DNA of 64,000 bases, taken from contig JAWMAR010000478.1 in assembly GCA_036785375.1 (NCBI GenBank), positions 930,001 through 994,000 on the forward strand, given 5' to 3'. This DNA comes from Leucoraja ocellata (taxonomy: Eukaryota). The notes under the pieces were generated by a model. It saw only the letters and a list, made by a program, of their open reading frames with translations. It searched no databases and was not told where the DNA came from. Made by a program: the position numbers and the translations under genes. Below are positions 12,501 through 26,300 of the stretch, in pieces; position 1 is the stretch's first letter; each line of letters begins with the position of its first letter.

Positions 12501-15500
12501 TTTGTGCAGTCATCTTGAGTTTCGAGCAGTTGAGTTGGCTTTCCTGCAGTTGAGCAGGGTTTAGTGCGGTTTAGTGCGGTTTAGTGCGGTTGTCGTTATT
12601 TTAATTGAATGTAGTTAAGGTTAGTTAAGTTTAGCTTAGTGCGGTATGGTTGAGTTTGGTGTAATTGGGTTCCATTGAGTGACGTTGTGGAGTTCAGTCA
12701 CTGCGGTTGAGTGGAACGCGTTTGTAGAATGCCGTTGAGTGGAACAGAGTTGAGTGCAGTTGTGATGAGTTTATTGCTGGAGTTCACTGCAGTTGAGTTT
12801 AGTGCTGTTGAGTTGATGTTAATGCTGTTGAGTTGAAAGGTTCAAAGGTTATTTATAGGTCACATACACCATAGGTGTAGTTAAATGCTTGTTGCCAATG
12901 CAGCACATAAAAACAAAAATACAGACATAACAATAATAATGAGATTTAAACATAAAAAACATCTCCCCACAATGGTTCCCATTATGAGGGAAGGCACAAT
13001 GTCCAGTCCCCATCCCATGTCCATCCACAATCGGGCCTGTTGAGGCCTCCGCAGTCGCCTTTATGGAGGCCCGATGCAGTTGAGTGTACTTTAAGGCAGA
13101 TGTGTTGAAGTGTTGATGTTAGTTTTGCTACCTGCCTTCCCTGACTTCCAGGTGTATTTTTAGGTTGTGAAGGTTTGGGCCCGATCCGATAACTTGTCAT
13201 CGCATACATTTTTCTCCACGGGTACTGATAGACTCCAAGATTCCTTGGCTACAAAATAAACTGTATACGACTTCTTTAATGTTTATTTCTGAATTCATTA
13301 TCAAATATTACTCACGGCAGTCTGTTTCTCCCACAGGAGGGTCAAGTGGATACGATAATGGAGGCTACGGTAAATATATTATAGTTTAATACATTCTTTA
13401 CTTAATCCACAAAGCACTGATAGACAGGTGACAGTCAATGTTAGAATACCGCAGAAGGCTAAAGGACCAGAGTTAATGTTCCATGTCGACGATCTGCCGG
13501 TGGTGACCCCGTCAGTGATAGGAGCAGAAATCCCTCACAGTTGGCTTTACAAGGAGGGAAAAGGTAGTGAATGAAGCAGGAATCAACACGGCCGATGTTG
13601 TCGAATTGAGTTCAGTGCAGTTAAGTTGGATTTAGATGAGTCGTGCAGTTGAGATGAGTTGAGGTTGGTCTAATTGAGTTGAATATAATACAACTGAGTA
13701 CATGCAGTTGAGTTAAGTAGGTTGGTGCAGTTGTGTTTCGTGCAGTCGTCTTGAGTTTAGTGCTGTTGAGTTGATGTTAATGCTGTTGAATTGAAAGGTT
13801 CAAAGGTTATTTATAGGTCACATACACCATAGGTGTAGTGAAATGCTTGTTGCCAATGCAGCACATAAAGAAAAAAAACAGACATAACAATTATAAAGAG
13901 ATTTAAACATAAAAAAATATCTCCCTACAATGGTTCCCATTATGAGGGAAGGCACAATATTCAGTCCCCATCCCATTCCCACCCATTGTCGATCCTATTG
14001 AGGCTCCACTTCTCCTTTATGGAGGCCCAATGCAGTTCAGTGTAGTTTAAGGCAGTTGTGTTGATGTTAGTCTTGCATCCTGCCTTCCTTGACTTCCAGG
14101 TGTATTTTTAGGTTGTGAAGGCTTGGGCCCGATCCGATAACATGTCATCACATACATTGTTCTCCACAGATATTGGTAGACTCCAAGATTCCTTAGCTAC
14201 AAAATAAACTGTATACGACTGCTTTAATGTTTATTTCTGAATTTGTCATCAAATATTACTCACGGCAGTCTGTTTCTCCCACAGGAGGGTCAAGTGGATA
14301 CAATAACGGAGGCTACGGTAAATATATTATAGTTTAATATATTATACACTTAATCCACAAAGCACTGATAGACAGGTGACAGTTATGTTAGAATACCACA
14401 GAACGCTAAAACACCAGGGTTAATGTTCCATGTTGATGATCTGCCGGTAGTGACCCCGTCAGTGAGAGGAGCAGAATTCCCTCACGGCTGGCTTTACAAG
14501 GAGGGAAAAGGTAGTGAATGAAGCGGGAATCCTAGGGATCAACACGGCTGATGTTGTTGTGATGAGTTGAGCTTAGGCCAGTTGAGTTGAATATAGCTGA
14601 GTTTAGTACAGTTGAGTTAAGTCCAATTGAGTTGAGTTGGATTTATGTAGTTACGTTCATGCAGCTGAGTTGAGCTTAGCGCAGTTGTGTTGAATGCAAT
14701 TGGGTTGAATTTAGTGGAGTTGATTTGAGTAAAGAAGTTGAGTTGAGTTCATGTTGAGTTTTTAGTGCAGTTGAGTTTAGTGCAGTTGAGTAGCCTTGAG
14801 ATTCATGCAGTTGAGTTTAATACAGTTGAATTGGTTGCAATTTAGTTGATTTGTTTATTGAAGTTGAGTGTACTGCAGTTGAGTTGCAATGGTTTAAGTG
14901 CAGTTGAGTTGGGTTTAGTGCAGTTGATTTTAATATGGTGCACTTGAGTCAAGCTCAATGCAGTTGAGTGTAGTTTAAGGCAGTTGTGTTGAAGTGTTGA
15001 TGTTAGTTTTGCAACCTGCCTTCCCCGACTTCCAGGTGTATTTTTAGTTTGTGAAGGTTTGGGCCCGATCCGATAACATGTCATCGCATACATTTTTCTC
15101 TACATGTACTGGTAGACTCCAAGATTCCTTAGCTACAAAATAAACTGTATACGACTGCTTTAATGTTTATTTCTGAATTTGTCATCAAATATTACTCACG
15201 GCAGTCTGTTTCTCCCACAGGAGGGTCAAGTGGATACGATAACGGAGGCTACGGTAAATATAAAGTGGTTTAGTGCATTCTTCACTTAATCCACAAAGCA
15301 CTGATGGACAGGAGACAGTCAATGTTAGAATACCACAGAGGCTAAAGGACCTGGGTTCATGTTCCATGACGACAACCTGCCAGTGGTGACCCTGTCAGTG
15401 AGAGGAGCAGAATTCCCCCACGGTTGGCTTTACAAGGAAGGAAAAGGTAGTGAATGAATCTGGAATCCCAGGGATCAACAGGACTGATGTTGTTGTGATG

Positions 15501-18500
15501 AGTTGAGCTTAGACCAGTTTAGTTGAATTTAGCTGAGTTTAGTACAGTTGAGTTAAATCCAATTGAGTTGAGTTGGATTTATGTAGTTACGTTCATGCAG
15601 CTGAGTTGAGCTTAGCCCAGTTGTGTTGAATGCAATTGGGTTGAGGTTGGTTGAGTTTAGTGGGGTTGATATGAGTAAAGAGTTGAGTTGAGTTCATGTT
15701 GAGTTTTTAGTGCAGTTAAGTTGAGTTTAGTGCAGTTGAGTTTAATACAGTTTAATTAGTTGCAATTTAGTAGATTTGTTTATTGCAGTTGAGTGTACTG
15801 CAGTTGAGTTGCAATAGTTTATATGCAGTTGAGTTGGGTTTAGTGCAGTTGATTTTAGTATGGTGCACTTGAGTCAAGCTCAATGCAGTTGAGTGCAGTT
15901 TAAGGCAGTTGTGCTGATGTTAGTTTTGCAAATTGCCTTCCCTGACTTCCAGGTGTATTTTTAGTTTGTGAAGGTTTGGGCCCGATCCGATAACATGTCA
16001 TCGCATACATTTTTCTCTAAAGGTACTGGGAGACTCCAAGCTTCCTTAACTACAAAATAAACTGTATACGACTTCTTTAATGTTTATTTCTGAATTTGTC
16101 ATCAAATATTACTCACGCCAGTCTGTTTCTCCCACAGGAGGGTCAAGTGGATACGATAACGGAGGCTACGGTAAATATAATGTGGTTTAGTCCATTCTTC
16201 ACTTAATCCACAAAACAATGATGGACTGGTGACAGTCAATGTTAGAATACCGCAGAAGGCTAAAGGACCAGGGTTAATGTTCCATGTCGACGACCTGCCG
16301 GTGGTGACCCCGTCAGTGAGAGGAGCAGAATTCCCTCACGGTTGGCTTTACAAGGAGGGAAAAGGTAGTGAATGAAGCGGGAATCCCAGAGATCAACATG
16401 ATGGATGTTGTTGAATTGAGTTCAGTGCAGTTGTTGAATTTAGATGATTTGTGCAGCTGAGATGAGTTGAGGTTGGTCTAATTGAGTTGAATATAATACA
16501 GTTGAGTTCATGCAGCTGAGTTGAGTAGGTTAGTGCAGTTGAGTTTCATGCAGTCGTCTTGAGTTTCGAGCAGTTGAATTGGTTTCTGTGCAGTTGAGCT
16601 GGGTTTAGTGCAATTTAGTTTGGTTTAGTGCAGTTATCGTTAGATTAATTGAATGTAGTTAAGGTGAGTTAAGTTTAGCTTAGTGCAGTTGAGTTTGGTG
16701 TAGTTGAGTGCAGTTGTAGAGTTGAGTTTAGTGCAGATGCAGTGAATTAAGTGCAGTCGAATTAAGTGCAGTTGAGTTGCTTTTAATGCAGTTGGGTTGA
16801 GTTGAATGCAGATAAGTTGTGTTCAGGTAAATGCAGTTGAGTTGAGTGGAGTTAAGTTTTGTGCAGTTGATTTGTGTTGAGTTTAGTGCAGTTGGGTTTA
16901 CTCCACTTGAGGTGAGTTTAGTGCTGTTGATTTAGTTGATATAGTTCAGTTGAATATAATGGAGTTGAGTTGTTGAGTTTGAGTTGAGTTGAGTGCCATT
17001 GAGTGCAGTGCAGTTGAGGTGAGTGCGGTTGAGGTGATAGCGGTTAACGTTATACTTGAGTTCAGTACAGTTGTGTTGAGGTAAATGCAGCTGGGTTGAG
17101 ATGAGTTGAGTGGAGTGGAGTTTATTGCATTTGCGTTGAGTAGGTACTGTTGAGTTTAATGTAGATCAGTTGAATATAATGCATTTGACTTTAGTTTAGT
17201 ATAGTTAAGCGGAGTTGAGTGCAGTTGTGTTGATGTCAGTGCAGCTTCTCTGAGTTGAATTTAGTGCAGTTGATTTGGTGCAGTTGAGTTGGGTTAAGAG
17301 TAGTTTTGTAAATGTTCGTGCAGTTGAGGAGATGTGTTTAGTGAAGCTGCATTGCGTATGGCGCATCTGAGTTGAGTTAAGTGCAGGTGGGTTGAATTGT
17401 GTTTACTCCAGTTGAGATGTAGTGAATTGTGTTGAGTTGCGTTGAGATGAGTGCAGTTGAGTTGATGTTTATTTAGTTGAGTGAATTTCAGTTTAGATTG
17501 GTTTAGATATGTTTTCTAACCTGTAGATCGTACCCATCACTGCGATAATAATGGTCAATATCTTCTGTGCTCTTTCTAAAACCACCATATACTTCTTGGT
17601 TTGGGGTGAACATAACTGAACAAAATACACCCTAACCTAATTGCTGTAAGCTTGCAGCATGCCTTCCCTGACTTCAGGGTGTATTTTTAGGTTGTGATGG
17701 TTTGGGCACGATCCTATAACTTGTCATCGCATACTTTTTTCTCCACAGGTATTGGTAGACTCCAAGATTCCTTAGCTACAGAATAAACTGTATGCGACTG
17801 ATTTAGTGCTTATTTCTGAATTTGTCATCAAATATTACTCACGCCAGTCTGTTTCTCCAACAGGAGGGTCAAGTGGATACAATAAGAACAGAGGCTCTGG
17901 TAAATATAATGTAGTTTAATATGTTCTTCATTTAATCCACAAAACAATGATGGACAGGTGACAGTCAATGTTAGAATACCGCAGAAGGCTAAAGGACCAG
18001 GGTTAATGTTCCATGTTGACAACATGCCGGTGGTGAATCCGTCAATGATAGGAGCAGAAATCCCTCACAGTTGGCTTTACAAGGAGGGAAAAGGTAATGA
18101 ATGAAGCAGGAATCAACACGGCCGATGTTGTCGAATTGAGTTCAGTGCAGTTAAGTTGGATTTAGATGAGTCGTGCAGTTGAGATGAGTTGAGGTTGGTC
18201 TAATTGAGTTGAATATAATACAATTGAGTTCATGCAGTTGAGTTAAGTAGGTTGGTGCAGTTGTGTTTCGTGCAGTCGTCTTGAGTTTAGTGCTGTTGAG
18301 TTGAAAGGTTCAAAGGTTATTTATAGGTCACATACACCATAGGTGTAGTTAAATGCTTGTTGCCAATGCAGCACATAAAACAAAAATACAGACATAACAA
18401 TAATAACGAGATTTAAACATAAAAAACACCTCCCCACAATGGTTCCCATTATGAGGGAAGGCACAATGTCCAGTCCCCATCCCATGTCCATCCACAATCG

Positions 18501-20338
18501 GGCCTGTTGACGCCTCCGCAGTCACCTTTATGGAGGCCCGATGCAGTTGAGTGTAGTTTAAGGCAGATGTGTTGAAGTGTTGATGTTACCTGCTACCTGT
18601 TTTGCTACCTGCCTTCCCTGACTTCCAGGTGTATTTTTAAGTTGTGCAGGTTTGGGCCCAATGCGATAACATGTCATCGCTTACATTTTTCTCCACAGGT
18701 ACTGGTAGACTCCAAGATTCCTTAGCTACAAAATAAATTGTATACGACTTCTTTAATGTTTATTTCTGAATTTGTTATCAATTATTACTCACGGCAGTCT
18801 GTGTCTCCCACGGGAGGGTCAAGTGGATACGATAATGGAGGCTACGGTAAATATAATGTGGTTTAGTACATTTTTCACTTAATCCACAAAGCACTGATGG
18901 ACAGGTGACAGTCAATGTTAGAATACCGCAGAAGGCTAAAGGACCTGGGTTAATGTTCCATGTCGACAACCTGCCAGTGGTGACCCCGTCAATGAGAGGA
19001 GCAGAATTCCCTCATGGTTGGCTTTACAAGGAGGGAAAAGGTAGTGAATGAAGCGGGAATCCCAGGGATCAACACGGCTGATGTTGTTGTGATGAGTTGA
19101 GCTTAGGCCAGTTGAATTGAATTTAGCTGAGTTTAGTACAGTTGAGTTAAGCCCAATTGAGTTGAGTTGGATTTATGTAGTTACGTTCATGCAGCTGAGT
19201 TGAGCTTAGCGCAGTTGTGTTGAATGCAATTGGGTTGAGGTTGGTTGAGTTTAGTGGGGTTGATTTGAGTAAAGAGAGTTGAGTTCATGTTGAGTTTTTA
19301 GTGCAGTTAAGTTGAGTTTAGTGCAGTTGAGTAGCCTTGGGATTCGTGCAGTTGAGTTTAATACAGTTGAATTAGTTGCAATTTAGTTGATTTGTTTATT
19401 GCAGTTGAGTGTACTGCAGTTCAGTTGGGTTTAGTGCAGTTGATTTTAGTATGGTGCACTTGAGTCAAGATCAATGCAGTTGAATGCAGTTTAAGGCAGT
19501 TGTGTTGATGTTAGTTTTGCAACTTGCCTTCCCTGACTTCCAGGTGTATTTTTAGTTTGTGAAGGTTTGGGCCCGATCCGATAACATGTCATCGCATACA
19601 TTTTTCTCTAAAGGTACTTGGTAGACTCCAAGATTCCTTAGCTACAAAATAAACTGTATACGACTTCTTTAATGTTTATTTTCTGAATTTGTCATCAAAT
19701 ATTACTCACGCCAGTCTGTTTCTCCCACAGGAGGGTCAAGTGGATACGATAACGGAGGCTACGGTAAATATATTATTGTTTAATATATTCTTCACTTAAT
19801 CCACAAAACAATGATGGACAGGTGACAGTCAATGTTAGAATACCGCAGAAGGCTAAAGGACCAGGGTTAATGTTCCATGTCGACGACCTGCCGGTGGTGA
19901 CCCCGTAAGTGAGAGGAGCAGAATTCCCTCGCGGTTGGCTTTACAAGGAGGGAAAAGATAGTGAATGAAGCGGGAATTTAGTTGAATGTCGTTAAGGTGA
20001 GAGGTTTAGCTTAGTGCAGTTGAGTTGAGTTCGGTGTAATTGGGTTGCGTTGAATGCAGTTTTGGAGTTCAGTCACTGCGATGGAATTGGAATGCGGTTG
20101 TGTAATGTGATTGAGTGGAACGTAGTTAAATGTTGAGTTGTCCGGTAGGCGGCGCGACTCTCGTCAACAGCAGCCTCTGCAGCCCGTCCGCATTTTTATT
20201 ATTTTTGTCTATGTTTTTATGTAGTTTTTGTTATTTTTTGTTGGGGTGTGTGTGTGGGGGGGGGGGGGGGGGGGGGGGGGGGGAGGGGGGGGGGGGGAGG
20301 GGAGGGGGGGGGGGGGGGGGGGAGGGGAGGGGGGGGGG

Positions 20339-20392
<54 letters not shown>

Positions 20393-23300
20393 GCGGTGGT
20401 GGAGCGCTGCTGCTGCTGCGGCCCGACCTCCAGATATTCGGAGGCTGCAATTGCGGGTCTGGCAGACGGCGGCACCGGGAGCCCGTGGGTCCCTGGAGGG
20501 AGACCGCTTTTCAGGGCTCCTGCAACGGCGACTTCTCCCGCCCGAGTTGCGGGGTTGAAGAGCTCCTGGAGCGGGGCCTGACATCACCGCCCCGCGCGTT
20601 TTGGAATGGCCGCAGGACTCTGCGAGCGCACGCCGGTGGCTCTAACACTAAGACCCGGTGTGCGACCTTGCACCACCCGGCGTGGCTTTAATGGCCGCGG
20701 GACAATCGCCATCGCCAGCCAGGGGCTTTGACTTTGACTCTGACATCGGGGGGGGGGGGGGGGGGGAAGAGTGCAGTGGAGAGATAAGTTTTTTTGGCCT
20801 TCCATCACAGCGATGTGATGGATGTTTATGTAAATTATGTTGTGTCTTGGGTCTATTTGTTTGTAATGTACGGCTGCAGAAACGGCATTTCGTTTGGACC
20901 TCAAGGGGTCCAAATGACAATTAAATTGAATCTTGAATCTTGAAATGCAGTTGTGATGAGTTTATTGCTGGAGTTCACTGCAGTTGAGTTTAGTGCTGTT
21001 GAGTTGATGTTAATGCTGTTGAGTTGAAAGGTTCAAAGGTTAAATATAGGTCACATACACCATAGGTGTAGTGAAATGCTTGTTGCCAATGCAGCACATA
21101 AAAAAATACAGACATAACAATAATAACGAGATTTAAACATAAAAAACATCTCCCCACAATGGTTCCCATTGTGAGGGAAGGCACAATGTCCAGTCCCCAT
21201 CCCATGTCCACCCACAATCGGGCCCGTTGAGGCCTCCGCAGTCGCCTTTATGGAGGCCCGATGCAGTTGAGTGTAGTTTAAGGCAGTTGTGTTGAAGTGT
21301 TGATGTTAGATTTTCTACCTGCCTTCAGGTGTATTTTTAGGTTGTGAAGGTTTAGGCCCGATCCGATAACTTGACATCACATACATTTTTCTCCACGGGT
21401 ACTGGTAGACTCCAAGATTCCTTAGCTACAAAATAAACTGTATACGACTGCTTTAATGTTTATTTCTGAATTCGTCATCAAATATTACTCACGCCAGTCT
21501 GTTTCTCCCACAGGAGGGTCAAGTGGATACGATAACGGAGGCTACGGTAAATATACTGTAGTTTAATATATTATTCACTTAATTCACAAAGCACTGATAG
21601 ACAGGTGACAGTCAATGTTAGAATACCGCAGAAGGCTAAAGGACCAGGGTTAATGTTCCATGTCGACGATCTGCCGGTGGTGACCCCGTCAGTGAGTGGA
21701 GCAGAATTCCCCCACGGTTGGCTTTACAAGGAGGGAAAAGGTAGTGAATGAAGCGGGAATCCCAGGGATCAACACGGCTGATGTTGTTGTGATGACTTGA
21801 GCTTAGGTCAGTTGAGTTGAATATAGCTGAGTTTAGTACAGTTGAGTTAAATCCAATTGAGTTGAGTTGGATTTATGTAGTTACGTTCATGCAGCTGAGT
21901 TGAGCTTAACGCAGTTGTGTTGAATGCAATTGGGTTGAGGTTGGTTGAGTTTAGTGGAGTTGATTTGAGTAAAGAGATTTGAGTTAAGTTCATGTTGAGT
22001 TTTTAGTGCAGTTAAGTTGAGTTTAGTGCAGTTGAGAAGCCTTGGGATTCCTGCAGTTGAATTAGTTGCAATTTAGTAGATTTGTTTATTGCAGTTGAGT
22101 GTACTGTAGTTGAGTTGCAATGGTTTATATGCAGTTGAGTTGGGTTTAGTGCAGTTGATTTTAGTATGGTGGACTTGAGTCAAGCTCAATGCAGTTGAGT
22201 GTAGTTTAAGGCAGTTGTGTTGATGTTAGTTTTACAACCTGCCTTCCCTGACTTCCAGGTGTATTTTTAGTTTGTGAAGGTTTGGGCCCGATCCGATAAC
22301 ATGTCATCACATACATTTTTCTCTAAAGGTACTGGTAGACTCCAAGCTTCCTTAGCTACAAAATAAACTGTATACGACTTCTTTAATGTTTATTTCTGAA
22401 TTTGTCATCAAATATTACTCACGGCAGCCTGTTTCTCCCACAGGAGGGTCAAGTGGATACAATAACGGAGGCTATGGTAAATATAATGTGGTTTAGCACA
22501 TTCTTCACTTAATCCACAAAACAATGATGGACAGGTGACAGTCAATGTTAGAATACCGCAGAAGGTTAAAGGACCAGGGTTAATGTTCCATGTCGACGAC
22601 CTGCCAGTGGTGACCCCGTCAATGAGAGGAGCTGAATTCCCTCACGGTTGGCTTTACAAGGAAGGAAAAGGTAGTGAATGAAGCGGGAATCCCAGAGATC
22701 AACACAATGGATGTTGTTGAGTTGAGTTCAGTGCAGTTACGTTGAATTTAGTTGATTCGTGCAGTTGAGATGAGTTGAGGTTGGTCTATTTGAGTTGAAT
22801 ATAATACAGTTGAGTTCATGCAGCTGAGTTGAGTAGGTTAGTGCAGTTGAGTTTCGAGCAGTTGAGTTGGTTTTCGTGCAGTTGAGCTGGGTTTAGTGCA
22901 GTTTAGTTCGGTTTAGTGCAGATGTCATTAGTTTAGTTGAATGTCGTTAAGCTGAGAAGTTTAGCTTAGTGCAGTTGAGTTGAGTTCGGTGTAATTGGGT
23001 TGCGTTGAATGCAGTTGTGGAGTTCAGTCACTGCGATGGAATTGGAATGCGGTTGTGTAATGTGATTGAGTGGAACGTAGTTAAATGTTGAGTTGTCCGG
23101 TAGGCGGCGCGACTCTCGTCAGCAGCGGACTCTGCAGCCCGTCCATGTTTTTATTATTTTTGTCTATGTTTTTATGTAGTTTTTGTTATTTTTTGTTGGG
23201 GTGTGTGTGTGTGTGTGGGGGTGGGGGTGGGGTGGGAGCGAGGTGGTAACTTTTAAATCTCTCCCTGCACGGGAGACCCAACCTTTTCTTTGTCGGGTCT

Positions 23301-26300
23301 CCGTTGTCGTTGGGGCTGCAACGTGGAGCGGCCTCCAACAGGAGAAGACCGGGGACTCTGGTGCCGATGACTCGCCTCACTGTCGCGGGGCTGGCCGAGT
23401 CAAGAGCGGGTGGAGCGGTGGTGGAGCGCTGCTGCTGCTGCGGCCCGACCTCCGGAGATTCGGAGGCTGCAACTGCGGGTCTGGCGGACGGCGGCAGCGG
23501 GAGCCCGTGGGTCCCTGGAGGGAGACCGCTTTTCAAGGCTCCTGCAACGGCGACTTCTCCCGCCCGAGTTGCGGGGTTGAAGAGCTCCTGGAGCGGGGCC
23601 TGACATCACCGCCCCGCGCGGCTTGGAATGGCCGCGGGACTCTGCGAGCGCACGCCGGGGGCTCTAACACCAAGACCCAGTGTTCGACCTCGCACCACCC
23701 GGCGTGGCTTTAATGGCCGCGGGACAATCGCCATCGCCAGCCGGGGGCTTTGACTTTGACTCTGACATCGGGGGGGAGAGCGCAGTGGAGAGAAGTTTTT
23801 TTGGCCTTCCATCACAACGATGTGATGGATGTTTATATAAATTATGTTGTGTCTTGGGTCTATTTGTTTGTAATGTATGGCTGCAGCAACGGCATTTCGT
23901 TTGGACCTCAAGGGGTCCAAATGACAATTAAATTGAATCTTGAATCTTGAAATGCAGTTTTGATGAGTTTATTGCTGGAGTTCACTGCAGTTGAGTTTAG
24001 TGCTGTTGAGTTGATGTTAATGCTGTTGAGTTGAAAGGTTCAAAGGTTAATTATAGGTCACATACACCATAGGTGTAGTTAAATGCTTGTTGCCAATGCA
24101 GCACATAAAAAAATACAGACATAACAATAATAACGAGATTTAAACATAAAAAACATCTCCCCACAATGGTTCCCATTATGAGGGAAGGCACAATGTCCAG
24201 TCCCCAACCCATGTTCACCCACAATCGGGCCCGTTGTGGCCTCCGCAGTTGCCTTTATGGAGGCCCGATGCAGTTGAGTGTAGTTTAAGGCAGTTGTGTT
24301 GAAGTGTTGATGTTAGATGTGCTACCTGTCTTCGGGTGTATTTTTAGGTTGTGAAGGTTTGGGCCCGATCCGATAACTTGACATCGCATACATTTTTCTC
24401 CACGGGTACTGATAGACTCCAAGATTCCTTAGCTACAAAATAAATTGTATACGACTTCTTTAATGTTTATTTCTGAATTCGTTATCAAATATTACTCACG
24501 CCAGTCTGTTTCTTCCACAGGAGGGTCAAGTGGATACGATAACGGTGGCTATGGTAAATATATTATAGTTTAATACATTCTTCACTTAATCCAGAAAACA
24601 ATGATGGGCAGGTGACAGTCAATGTTAGAATACCGCAGAAGGCTAAAGGACCAGGGTTAATGTTCCATGTCGACAACCTGCCGGTGGTGACCCCGTCAGT
24701 GAGAGGAGCAGAATTCCCTCACGGTTGGCTTTACAAGGAGGGAAAAGGTAGTGAATGAAGCGGGAATCCTAGGGATCAACACGGCTGATGGTGTTGTGAT
24801 GAGTTGAGCTTAGGTCAGTTGAGTTGAATATAGCTGAGTTTAGTACAGTTGAGTTAAATCCAATTGAGTTGAGTTGGATTTATGTAGTTACGTTCATGCA
24901 GCTGAGTTGAGCTTAGCGCAGTTGTGTTGAATGCAATTGGGTTGTGTTTAGTGGAGTTGATTTGAGTAAAGAAGTTGAGTTGAGTTCATGTTGAGTTTTT
25001 AGTGCAGTTGAGTTTAGTGCAGTTGAGTAGCCTTGAGATTCGTGCAGTTGAGTTTAATACAGTTGAATTGGTTGCAATTTAGTTGATTTGTTTATTGAAG
25101 TTGAGTGTACTGCAGTTGAGTTGCAATGGTTTAAGTGCAGTTGAGTTGGGTTTAGTGCAGTTGATTTTAGTATGGTGCACTTGAGTCAAGCTCAATGCAG
25201 TTGAGTGTAGTTTAAGGCAGTTGTGTTGAAGTGTTGATGTTAGTTTTGCAACCTGCCTTCCCTGACTTCCAGGTGTATTTTTAATTTGTGAAGGTTTGGG
25301 CCCGATCCGATAACTTGTCATCGCATACATTTTTCTCTAGAGGTACTGGTAGACTGCAAGATTCCTTAGCTACAAAATAAACTGTATACGACTGCTTTAA
25401 TGTTTATTTCTGAATTTGTCATCAAATATTACTCACGGCAGTCTGTTTCTCCCACAGGAGGGTCAAGTGGATACGATAACGGAGGCTACGGTAAATATAA
25501 TGTGGTTTAGTACATTCATCACTTAATCCACAAAACAATGCTGGACAGGTGACAGTCAATGTTAGAATACCGCAGAAGACTAAAGGACCTGGGTTAATGT
25601 TCCATGTCGATGACCTGCCGGTGGTGACCTCGTCAGTGAGAGGAACAGAATTCCCTCACGGTTGGCTTTACAAGGAGGGAAAAGGTAGTGAATGAAGCAG
25701 GAATCCCAGAGATCAACATGATGGATGTTGTTGAATTGAGTTCAGTGCAGTTGTTGAATTTAGATGATTTGTGCAGCTGAGATGAGTTGAGGTTGGTCTA
25801 ATTGAGTTGAATATAATACAGTTGAGTTCATGCAGCTGAGTTGAGTAGGTTAGTGCAGTTGAGTTTCATGCAGTCGTCTTGAGTTTCGAGCAGTTGAATT
25901 GGTTTTTGTGCAGTTGAGCTGGGTTTAGTGCAGTTTAGTTCGGTTTAGTGCAGTTATCGTTAGTTTAATTGCATGTAGTTAAGGTGAGTTAAGTTTAGCT
26001 TAGTGCAGTTGAGTTTGGTGTAGTTGAGTGCTGTTGTAGAGTTGAGTTTAGTGCAGATGCGTTGAATTAAGTGCAGTCGAATTAAGTGCAGTTGAGTTGC
26101 TTTTAATGCAGTTGGGTTGAGTTGAATGCAGATAAGTTGTGTTCAGGTAAATGCAGTTGAGTTGAGTGTAGTTCAGTTTTGTGCAGTTGATTTGTGTTGA
26201 GTTTAGTCCAGTTGGGTTTACTCCACTTGTGGCGAGTTTAGTGCTGTTGATTTAGTTGATATAGTTCAGTTGAATATAATGGAGTTGAGTTGTTGAGTTT

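Noticed and set aside
17628-17641. ccctaacctaa as an interstitial telomere
   Set aside because: It is a single hexamer within the unit, with no (TTAGGG)n run.
20130-20924. Poly-Gly and poly-Pro ORFs and other ORFs within the GC-rich element
   Set aside because: These arise from the G-run and high GC content, are open in all six frames, and have no recognisable domain.
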